From contig NC_008340.1 of the NCBI RefSeq assembly GCF_000014785.1, forward strand, positions 750,001-782,000: a stretch of 32,000 nt of DNA, written 5' to 3'. The notes below the pieces were generated by a model. The model saw only the letters and a list, made by a program, of their open reading frames with translations. It was not told the origin of the DNA and did no database searches. The stretch is from Alkalilimnicola ehrlichii MLHE-1 (GTDB lineage Bacteria > Pseudomonadota > Gammaproteobacteria > Nitrococcales > Halorhodospiraceae). Positions 20,997-28,629 of the stretch are shown here, piece by piece. The first letter of the stretch is position 1, and the number at the start of each line of letters is the position of its first letter. A program made the translations under genes and the position numbers.

Positions 20997-22373
20997 TCAC
21001 TGTTTGCCACCCTCCGGTTCGCCGTGGACCCGCTCCACCCGGCAGTCCAGCTGCCCCCGGTGTAACCGGACTCGGACGGCATCACCGGGTGCCACTTGGG
21101 TGCTGTCGCGCAGCACCGGCCCGTCAGCGCCCTGGCGGGCGATGGCGTAGCCGCGGGAGAGGGTGGCCAGCGGACTGACCGCATGCAACGCACGACCGAG
21201 CCCGGACAGCCGCTGCTCCCGGGCCTGTAGCTGCTGGCGTACGGCCGCATGCAGCCGTCGCTCCAACGCCAGGCGCTGTTCCTCGCGCCGGCGGATGGTG
21301 AGCCGCGGATCACCCTGGCGTAACCGGGCGCGCAAATGGTCCAGGGCCTGCGTGTGCCGGGCAAGGCGCTGCGCCATAGCATGGCGCAGGCGTTGGTCCA
21401 GCTCGTCCAGGCGCTGACTGCGGTCGCGCAGAAGCTGGCCCGGGTGCCGGGCCTGCAGCCGGCGGGCGAGGCCGTTCAGCCGATCACTGGCCCGCCGGTG
21501 GTGCTGGGTGGTCAGCTGCAGCAGTCGGTCCCGCAGACCCCGGACTTGGTGCAGCAGCGCCGGGCCGTCCGGCGAGATGAGTTCGGCGGCGGCCGACGGC
21601 GTGGGTGCGCGCTGGTCGGCCACCAGGTCGGAGATGGTGACATCCACCTCGTGCCCCACGGCACTGACCACCGGCAGGCCGCAGGCGTGGATGGCCCGCG
21701 CCACCACCTCCTCGTTGAAGGCCCATAGATCCTCCAGCGAGCCACCGCCCCGGGTGACCAGCACTACGTCCACGTCGCGACGGCGGTCGGCCTCTTCAAT
21801 GGCGGCGGCGATCTGTCCGCCGGCCCCCTCTCCCTGCACCGGCACCGGGTAGATCAGCACCGGCAGGGCCGGAAAGCGGCGCCGGAGCACCGTCAGCACG
21901 TCGCGGATGGCGGCCCCGGTGGGCGAGGTGATTACCCCCAACCGGCGGGGGAAGGCGGGAAGCGGCCGCTTGTGGGCCGGATCGAACAGCCCCTCCTGCT
22001 CCAGCCGGGCCTTCAGGGCCTCGAAGGCCCGCCGCAGGGCCCCCTCGCCGGCCTCCTCCATGTGGTCCACCACCAGCTGGAACTCGCCGCGGGCGGGGTA
22101 GAGCCCGGCGCGGGCCCTCACCAGCACCCGCTGACCGTCGCCGGGCTGGAAGCGCAGCAGCAGGTTGCGGTTGCGGAACATGGCGCAGCGCACCTGGGCG
22201 GCGCTGTCTTTGAGGGTGAAATAGAGATGGCCCGAGCGCGGCCGCGCCAGGTTGCTGATCTCGCCCTCCACCCAGAGCGGCGGCAGGGTCGTCTCCAGCA
22301 GGCTGCGGACCTCCTGGTTGAGCTGGCTGACGGTGTAGACCGTGCGCGGGGCCTGGGATGCGGTGGTAACCAT
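20997..22373 (-). CDS. xseA: Exodeoxyribonuclease VII large subunit
   Basis: YTVSQLNQEVRSLLETTLPPLWVEGEISNLARPRSGHLYFTLKDSAAQVRCAMFR..GVITSPTGAAIRDVLTVLRRRFP..RGGGSLEDLWAFNEEVVARAI. Confidence 0.97.
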   Translation of the reverse strand: MVTTASQAPRTVYTVSQLNQEVRSLLETTLPPLWVEGEISNLARPRSGHLYFTLKDSAAQVRCAMFRNRNLLLRFQPGDGQRVLVRARAGLYPARGEFQLVVDHMEEAGEGALRRAFEALKARLEQEGLFDPAHKRPLPAFPRRLGVITSPTGAAIRDVLTVLRRRFPALPVLIYPVPVQGEGAGGQIAAAIEEADRRRDVDVVLVTRGGGSLEDLWAFNEEVVARAIHACGLPVVSAVGHEVDVTISDLVADQRAPTPSAAAELISPDGPALLHQVRGLRDRLLQLTTQHHRRASDRLNGLARRLQARHPGQLLRDRSQRLDELDQRLRHAMAQRLARHTQALDHLRARLRQGDPRLTIRRREEQRLALERRLHAAVRQQLQAREQRLSGLGRALHAVSPLATLSRGYAIARQGADGPVLRDSTQVAPGDAVRVRLHRGQLDCRVERVHGEPEGGKQ

Positions 22374-22474
22374 GGGGGGATGTTAGCCCGGATACTGGTG
22401 CCGACGGAACTCTTGGGCTTCAATTAGGGTACTGCTGGACAAAGCGTCATTCGCCATCGGGTGGCGAGCTACGT

Positions 22475-22740
22475 GTCACTGGGAGCCCCGCAGGGGCGCG
22501 GCAGTCCAGGGCGGCGTATGGATTGCCACGTCGCTGCGCTCCTCGCAATGACGGGGGTGGGCCCCCACCGTCACTGCGAGTCCCCGAAGGGGACGCGGCA
22601 GTCCAGGCGGCGTGTGGATTGCCACGTCGCTGCGCTCCTCGCAATGACGGGGGTGGCGCCCCCAATGTCACTGCGAGGAGCGTAGCGACGTGGCAGTCTA
22701 CCGCTCTGGATCGCCACGGGCCTTCGGCCCTCGCGATGAC
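22475..22740. repeat. Three tandem imperfectly palindromic interspersed-repeat units, about 95-97 bp period, plus degenerate flanking fragments
   Basis: Units at 22475-22552, 22570-22648 and 22667-22740, each beginning GTCACTG and ending TCGC(A/G)ATGAC; right arms of units 1 and 2 are GGATTGCCACGTCGCTGCGCTCCTCGCAATGAC. Confidence 0.9.
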
Positions 22741-22863
22741 GGTGGGAATGGCTTCGGCCCTCGCGATGGCGGTTTGTGAAGCACTAGGGCATAAGTTATA
22801 ACCTGGAGACAGTGCGCCCCAGGGCGGGATGCTCCAGTCTGTCGAGTCAAGCGAGGATTAGCC

Positions 22864-23757
22864 ATGTTTGAAACCACGCTGGGCGCTGCCCTGGCGGGCC
22901 TGCCCCTTGTGCTGGTGATGATGGTCGCCATCTGGCTGGACACCCTTACCCATGACGATGTCAGCCTGGTGGACCGCTTCTGGGGCGCGGGCTTTGTGCT
23001 GTTGGGGCTGTTCTGGTACCTGGAGGCGGCGGCCCCGGCGGGCGCCTGGCTGCCGCTGCTGATGGCGGTCCTGTGGGCGGTGCGCTACACGGTCTACGTC
23101 ACCTGGCGCAACTGGGGCACCGGAGAGGACCCCCGTTACGCCGCCATGCGGAACTACCATGGCGAGGCCTTCCGCTGGCTCAGCCTGCGCAACGTCTTTC
23201 TGCTGCAGGGGGCGATCCTCTGGGTGGTGGCGCTGCCGCTGGTGGTCGCCCTGCGCGACCCGGCACCGCTGACCAGCGTGCTGCTCTGGCTCGGTGTACT
23301 GGTCTGGCTGGTGGGGCTGGTCTACGAGACCGTGGCGGACTGGCAGCTGGCGCGGTTCCGCAGCGAGTCCGGCGGGGTGGGGGTGTGTGACCAGGGCCTG
23401 TGGCGTTATAGCCGCCACCCCAACTACTTTGGCGAATGCCTGGTCTGGTGGGGCCTCTTCCTGGTGGCGCTGGCCGCCGGCGGTTGGTGGACGGTGGTCT
23501 CGCCGGTACTCATGACCTGGCTCCTGCTGCGCTTTTCCGGGGTGCCCCTGCTGGAGGAGCGGCTGCAGGCCACCCGTGAGGGCTATCGCGACTACATGGC
23601 GCGCACCAACGCCTTCATCCCCGGGCCGCCCAAGCGTGGCGCGGCCCGGCCGGATGACGGCCCGGAGCCCCCGCTGGCGGGGCAGACCGCCGGGGCTCAG
23701 TCGGCCGGTGCCGGTGGGTCCGGGTCCTCATCCCAGCCCTCCTCCGGGGCCGGATAG
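22864..23757 (+). CDS. DUF1295 domain-containing (steroid 5-alpha-reductase-like) integral membrane protein
   Basis: Multiple TM helices; DDVSLVDRFWGAGFVLLG; LWRYSRHPNYFGECLVWWGLFL; GVPLLEERL..YRDYMARTNAFIPGPPK. Confidence 0.92.
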   Translation: MFETTLGAALAGLPLVLVMMVAIWLDTLTHDDVSLVDRFWGAGFVLLGLFWYLEAAAPAGAWLPLLMAVLWAVRYTVYVTWRNWGTGEDPRYAAMRNYHGEAFRWLSLRNVFLLQGAILWVVALPLVVALRDPAPLTSVLLWLGVLVWLVGLVYETVADWQLARFRSESGGVGVCDQGLWRYSRHPNYFGECLVWWGLFLVALAAGGWWTVVSPVLMTWLLLRFSGVPLLEERLQATREGYRDYMARTNAFIPGPPKRGAARPDDGPEPPLAGQTAGAQSAGAGGSGSSSQPSSGAG

Positions 23758-24209
23758 CGTTTGAGCCACTCCTCGATGAGCTCGGCGTGCTCCGCCTCCT
23801 CGGCCGTGAACTCCTCGGCCAGGGCCCGCACCTCGTCGTTTCGGGTGCTGCGGGCCACTTGGCCGTAGAAGTCGCGGGCCCCGGTCTCGGCGGCCAGCGC
23901 CAGCTTGAGGGCGTGGTGCACGGTCATCAGGTAGTGGCTCTGGTCCAGCTCCCCCGACTCGGGGCTTTCCTCGCCCGGCCACTGGAACTCCCACGGTTTG
24001 AGGTCGGGCAGGCCGCCGGCGTGTTTCTCAGCGTGCTCGGTGGCCTCCTGCAGGTGCAGCCGAGAGTAGCCCGCCATGCGCCGGAACAGCTCGCACACCT
24101 CCGGGTTGTTGTGGGTCTCCATGGCGTCAGCCAGCTCGTCGTAGCGTTCCGCTGCGTCATTCTCCAGTACCACGGCGTGGGCCAGAAAGGTGCGTACCGT
24201 ATCCATCAT
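23697..24209 (-). CDS. Ferritin-like / rubrerythrin-like diiron protein
   Basis: Four-helix pattern with two ExxH motifs: LENDAAERYDEL..LQEATEHAEKH..LAAETGARDFY..FTAEEAEHAELI; ATGA overlap with korB. Confidence 0.8.
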   Translation of the reverse strand: MMDTVRTFLAHAVVLENDAAERYDELADAMETHNNPEVCELFRRMAGYSRLHLQEATEHAEKHAGGLPDLKPWEFQWPGEESPESGELDQSHYLMTVHHALKLALAAETGARDFYGQVARSTRNDEVRALAEEFTAEEAEHAELIEEWLKRYPAPEEGWDEDPDPPAPAD

Positions 24210-25051
24210 GCCACCCTGAATTGCTGTTCGATGGTGTCCAGGTCGGCGGCCTTCGCCTGTTCCGGCCGGAATGCCGGCCTGTCGGCCCGGTAGAGTACCC
24301 CGGTGGTGAAGCCGTCATCGTCCATCAGCTGCAGGAAGGCCTCGCGGCGGTCGCCGGTCGCTTCGAAGTCGGGGTGAACAATCTTCTTGTAATCCTTCTG
24401 CTCCGGCCGGTAGGTCACGCAGGGGCTCAACACCTGGATGAAGGCGAAGCCGGGGAACTGGAGCGCCTCGCTGATCAGTTTCGCCAGGCCGTTGGGATTG
24501 CCGGAGAAACAGCGGGCGATATAGGGGGCACCCGCCGACAGGGCGATCTCCAGCGGTTGGAACTGGGCCAGCCCGGGGCCCTCCGGAGTGAGCTGGCTGC
24601 CGGTCCAGTCGGGCTCGGTGGTGGGCGAGGCCTGCCCCTTGGTCATGCCATAGACGGCGTTGTCCATGACCAGGTAGGTCATATTGACGTTGCGCCGGCA
24701 GGCGTGCAGGAAGTGGTTGCCGCCGATAGAGAAGCCGTCGCCGTCACCGCCGGCGGCCAGCACCGTCAGGTCCGGGCGACTGACTGCCAGCCCCGTGGCC
24801 ACCGGCAGCGCGCGGCCGTGCACGCCGTGAAAGCCGTAGACGCTGGAGTAGGCCGGTATGCGCGATGAGCAGCCGATCCCGGAGACGAAGGCCACCTGCT
24901 CGCGGGGCAGGGCGAGGGCCGCCAGCGCCTTGGTGATGGCGTTAAGCACGCCGAAGTCGCCGCAGCCCGGGCACCAGACCGGTTTGATGTCCGATTTATA
25001 GTCCTTGGCCTTGAGGACCGAGGGTCTCGCGTGGTCTGCACAGGTGCTCAT
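24206..25051 (-). CDS. korB: 2-oxoacid:ferredoxin oxidoreductase beta subunit (KorB-like)
   Basis: KPVWCPGCGDFGVLNAITKAL..GIGCSSRIPAYS..FHGVHGRALPVATG..GGDGDGFSIGGNHFLHACRRN TPP-binding motifs. Confidence 0.93.
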   Translation of the reverse strand: MSTCADHARPSVLKAKDYKSDIKPVWCPGCGDFGVLNAITKALAALALPREQVAFVSGIGCSSRIPAYSSVYGFHGVHGRALPVATGLAVSRPDLTVLAAGGDGDGFSIGGNHFLHACRRNVNMTYLVMDNAVYGMTKGQASPTTEPDWTGSQLTPEGPGLAQFQPLEIALSAGAPYIARCFSGNPNGLAKLISEALQFPGFAFIQVLSPCVTYRPEQKDYKKIVHPDFEATGDRREAFLQLMDDDGFTTGVLYRADRPAFRPEQAKAADLDTIEQQFRVA

Positions 25052-26778
25052 GCCGCCTCCTGTTGCGCCAGTTGGCGCAGCTGTTCCAGAACCTCACCCG
25101 GCCGGATGGGCAGCGGCCCGGGGTGGTGAAAGGCCCGGACGGTGCCGGGCAGGTCGTAGTGGGCGCGCAGGTAGCGGTGGAACTGGCCGTCGTGGCTCTG
25201 CTCCACCACCAGCAGCCGGCTGACGCCGTCCAGGGCCGCGGCCAGGGCCTCGGGCTGCGCCGGTGAGAGTAGCCGGACGGAGACCATCCGGGCCGTAATG
25301 CCCTCGGCCTGTGCCCGCTCCAGCGCCTCGCGGACGGGGCTGGTGCTGGAGCCCCAGGTGATCACCGCCAGCTCGCCGTCGCCCTCGATGTCGGCCCAAT
25401 AGGCACCGTAGTCGTGGCCGGTGAGCTTGCGCAGCCGCTTGTCCAACTGCGCCTGGTGGTGGGAGGCCTGGGTGGAGGGGGTGCCGCGCTCGGCGTGCTC
25501 CAGCCCGTCGGCGGTGTACTCGCCGCAGGGGGTGCCTGGAATGGCCATGGGTGAGACCCCATCCTCGGTGATGGCGTAGCGAAGGTAGCCCTCGCCCGGC
25601 CGGTCGGCCGTCTTGCGCTGGGCCCGATAATCCACCCGCTGCGGACGGTCGATGACTGCGCGCGCCTGGCCCAGGGCCTGGTCGCTGAGCACGATGGCCG
25701 GGCTCTGCAGGGCCTCGGCCAGGTGTACGGCCCACTGGGTGGCGGCCAGGCAGTCGGCGATGCCGTTGGCGGCGACCACCAGGTGCGGGGCGTCGCCATG
25801 CAGGCCGTAGAGGGCGATGTTCAGGTCGGCCTGCTCGGACTTGGTCGGGATGCCGGTGGAGGGGCCGCCCCGCATCACGTTGACCACCACCACCGGCGTC
25901 TCCGAGGCCACCGCGAGACCCAGCGATTCCACCATCAGCGACAGCCCCGGGCCCGAGGTGGCGGTGAGCGCGGGAGTGCCGCCGAAACTGGCCCCGATAC
26001 ACATATTGATGGCGGAGAGTTCGTCCTCCGCCTGCACCAGGCAGCCGCCCACCCGGGGCAGGGTCGGGGCCAGCCACTCGACGACGTCGGTGGAGGGGGT
26101 GATGGGGTAGGCCGCGCTGAAGCGCACCCCGCCGCGCACCGCCCCCATGCCGGCGGCCTCGTTGCCGGACAGCGCCCACCGCTCTCCCTGCGCTGTGCCG
26201 TTCGACGCCAGGCGCAGGTCCACACCCACCGTGTCCGCCTGCGCCCGGCCGGCGCTCAGGCAAGCCTGTGCCGTTGCCAGCGCTTCCTCGCCCTTGCGGC
26301 CCAACACCTTCTGCAGGGTGCGGAGCAGGGCCTCCTCGGGTAGCCCGATCAGTTCGGCCACCAGGCCCAGGCCCACCATGTTCGCCCGGCCGCCCTTGAC
26401 GCCTTTGGTGACCTCCTTGATGGGGATCATGGACTGGCTGGCGCCGGTGCGCACCACCACCTCCGGGACGTCGCCCTGGGAGGGGTCGGCGATGACCACG
26501 CTGTCGCCGCCCAGGGGCAGTTCGGCGATAAAGCGCTCGATGTTGCCCCAGTCGAAGGCGAGTAAGAGATCCAGTTGGTCGTCCTGGCATCCCACCGGCT
26601 GGTGGGCCAGGCGCAGGATTGCCGCCGCCTCGCCGCCGCGGATCTGCGGGCCGAAGGAGCGGGTCATCAACCCGTACCAGCCGGCCTGCGCCGCCGCGTC
26701 CAGCAGGATCTGCCCGGCGGTCATGACCCCCGTACCGCCGCTGCCGGTGAGTGCCAGGGAGAGGGAGTGTGTTTTCAT
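25048..26778 (-). CDS. korA: 2-oxoacid:ferredoxin oxidoreductase alpha subunit with fused N-terminal gamma domain (KorA-like)
   Basis: Gamma domain LTGSGGTGVMTAGQILLDAAAQAG..RGGEAAAILRL; alpha domain GNEAAGMGAVRGGVRFSAAYPITPSTDVVEWLA..TATSGPGLSLMVESLGLA. Confidence 0.94.
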   Translation of the reverse strand: MKTHSLSLALTGSGGTGVMTAGQILLDAAAQAGWYGLMTRSFGPQIRGGEAAAILRLAHQPVGCQDDQLDLLLAFDWGNIERFIAELPLGGDSVVIADPSQGDVPEVVVRTGASQSMIPIKEVTKGVKGGRANMVGLGLVAELIGLPEEALLRTLQKVLGRKGEEALATAQACLSAGRAQADTVGVDLRLASNGTAQGERWALSGNEAAGMGAVRGGVRFSAAYPITPSTDVVEWLAPTLPRVGGCLVQAEDELSAINMCIGASFGGTPALTATSGPGLSLMVESLGLAVASETPVVVVNVMRGGPSTGIPTKSEQADLNIALYGLHGDAPHLVVAANGIADCLAATQWAVHLAEALQSPAIVLSDQALGQARAVIDRPQRVDYRAQRKTADRPGEGYLRYAITEDGVSPMAIPGTPCGEYTADGLEHAERGTPSTQASHHQAQLDKRLRKLTGHDYGAYWADIEGDGELAVITWGSSTSPVREALERAQAEGITARMVSVRLLSPAQPEALAAALDGVSRLLVVEQSHDGQFHRYLRAHYDLPGTVRAFHHPGPLPIRPGEVLEQLRQLAQQEAA

Positions 26779-26961
26779 CGGGTGAGCGTCTCCGCTTACG
26801 CGTTATAAGAATTCACGTTTCATTATGCCAGAGGTGTCAGGGTGACGACGCTGATCTGGCGCAAAGAACCGCTGCTGGGCGCGTTCGAGCGGCAGGGCCT
26901 TGCCGTTTTTTCGGCCGGGTCGGTTCGTGCTTGCCGCTTTCTGCCGAAAAACCACCCCCAA

Positions 26962-26988
26962 TCAAGCACTCCCGCGCCCGGTCGTTAG
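26962..26988 (+). promoter_or_regulatory. Weak sigma-28-like promoter candidate for flagellin 1
   Basis: TCAAGCAC (26962-26969) - 11 nt - GTCGTTAG (26981-26988); partial match to TAAAGTTT-N11-GCCGATAA. Confidence 0.3.
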
Positions 26989-27078
26989 CCTGAGTGCACG
27001 GAGGTCGGGCCGGCTGGCATGGGCCCGTCACTGACAACAAGCGGCACAGCCGCAATCGATGCTTGAGGGGTGAACGTC

Positions 27079-28545
27079 ATGGCACAGGTCATCAACACCA
27101 ACATCGCTTCCCTGAACGCCCAGCGCAATCTCAACGCCAGTCAGGGCCAGTTGGGCGTGGCCCTGGAGCGGCTGAGCTCGGGACTGCGGATCAACAGCGC
27201 CAAGGACGACGCGGCGGGGCTGGCCATCAGCAGCCGCTTTACATCGCAGATCAACGGCCTGGACCAGGCCGTGCGGAATGCCAACGACGGCATCTCCTTT
27301 GCCCAGACCGCGGAGGGGGCACTGGACGAGAGCACCAACCTGCTGCAGCGGATCCGCGAGCTGGCGGTGCAGGCGTCCAATGACACCAACTCCGCCTCCG
27401 ATCGCGATGCCCTGGACCAGGAGGTGCAGCAGGCCATCCGCGAGATCAGCCGCATTGCCGCCTCCACCCAGTTCAACAACCAGAACATCCTGGACGGCTC
27501 GCTCAGCGACCTGATCTTCCAGGTGGGCGCCAACCGGGGGCAGATCATCTCGGTGGACGGGGTGGATGCCCGGGCCCAGTCGCTGGGGGCGCAGGTGGCA
27601 GACTCCGGTGCGGTGGCCACCAACACCTTGTCCGAGGGTGGAGAGCTCTCCATTGCCGGGGTGACCATCGATATGGATGGTGCCGAGAACATCAGCGATG
27701 TGATCAGCCGAATCAACGACAACTTCTCCGAGACGGGGGTGCAGGCCTTCCAGACCTCCGGTGGGTCCATCGTTGCGGAAACGGGGCTAAGTGAGGATGA
27801 GATCTCGTTTACCGCGGATCCCGACCCGGTGCAGCTGATGACCATCAATGGGGTCAATGTCTTCTCGGAGGCCGGGGCGGGCATCGACAATCCGCAGGCG
27901 TTGGCGGAGCGGATCAATGCCTATACGCCGTTGACCGGCGTGTCGGCGGTGGACGTGGACGGGGAACTCGTCCTTGAGAGCCAGGCGGATCAGGAGTCGA
28001 TCCGGGTTACGGATGTCAATGCCGACCTGTTTGAGGCAACCACCACGGATTTCGGTGAGGAAACCGTCTTTTTCGATGAGAATGACGACCTCCGGACCGA
28101 GTTGACCTTCGAGCGTGGCTTCGACCTACGGGTGCCCCTGGAGGCCGACCCTCCGGTGATTGCCGATGACAGCGATGGGGATCTCCTTCAGCGCCTGGGT
28201 CTGGTCGGTGGCGCCGATCGCTTCGAGACCTTCAGCGCGGACACCGTCAGTGTCGCCACCCGCGGCGAGGCGCAGGACGCCATCCGCACGGTGGACATCG
28301 CCCTGCAGGAGATCAACGGCATCCGCGCCGACCTGGGTGCGGTACAGAACCGCTTCGAGGCCACCACCGCCAACCTGACCATCACCTCGGAGAACCTCAG
28401 CGCCTCGCGCAGCCGCATCATGGATGCCGACTTCGCCGCCGAGACCGCCGCACTGACCCGCGGCCAGATCCTGCAGCAGGCCGGTACCTCGGTGCTGGCG
28501 CAGGCCAACCAGCTACCCAACAACGTCCTCAACCTGCTGCAGTAA
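27079..28545 (+). CDS. fliC: Flagellin
   Basis: D0/D1 N-term [50 protein letters not shown]; C-term RSRIMDADFAAETAALTRGQILQQAGTSVLAQANQLPNNVLNLLQ; GAGG RBS. ATG 27079 preferred over track GTG 27070. Confidence 0.97.
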   Translation: MAQVINTNIASLNAQRNLNASQGQLGVALERLSSGLRINSAKDDAAGLAISSRFTSQINGLDQAVRNANDGISFAQTAEGALDESTNLLQRIRELAVQASNDTNSASDRDALDQEVQQAIREISRIAASTQFNNQNILDGSLSDLIFQVGANRGQIISVDGVDARAQSLGAQVADSGAVATNTLSEGGELSIAGVTIDMDGAENISDVISRINDNFSETGVQAFQTSGGSIVAETGLSEDEISFTADPDPVQLMTINGVNVFSEAGAGIDNPQALAERINAYTPLTGVSAVDVDGELVLESQADQESIRVTDVNADLFEATTTDFGEETVFFDENDDLRTELTFERGFDLRVPLEADPPVIADDSDGDLLQRLGLVGGADRFETFSADTVSVATRGEAQDAIRTVDIALQEINGIRADLGAVQNRFEATTANLTITSENLSASRSRIMDADFAAETAALTRGQILQQAGTSVLAQANQLPNNVLNLLQ

Positions 28546-28580
28546 ACCAACGCCAGACCGAACCTCAAGCGGCAGTACTT

Positions 28581-28615
28581 GGCCCGGGTGGCATACGCCT
28601 CCCCGGGCCTTTTCT
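28581..28615 (+). terminator. Rho-independent terminator downstream of flagellin 1
   Basis: Perfect stem GGCCCGGG (28581-28588)/CCCGGGCC (28602-28609) followed by TTTT. Confidence 0.85.
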
Positions 28616-28629
28616 GATGTTGCCGGTGG

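Noticed and set aside
22475-22740. Possible CRISPR array
   Set aside because: Units are long imperfect palindromes with only three copies; no uniform short repeat/unique spacer structure and no cas genes nearby.
22447-22801. Short ORFs (SLRGAQRRGNPH.., LPRRCAPRNDGGG..) in the 22.5-kb repeat
   Set aside because: They are translations of the palindromic interspersed repeat; same peptide repeated in several frames, a classic spurious annotation.
25094-26590. 498-aa minus-strand ORF in another frame of korA
   Set aside because: Gly/Arg/Pro-rich alternate-frame translation; korA in the other frame is clearly the real gene.
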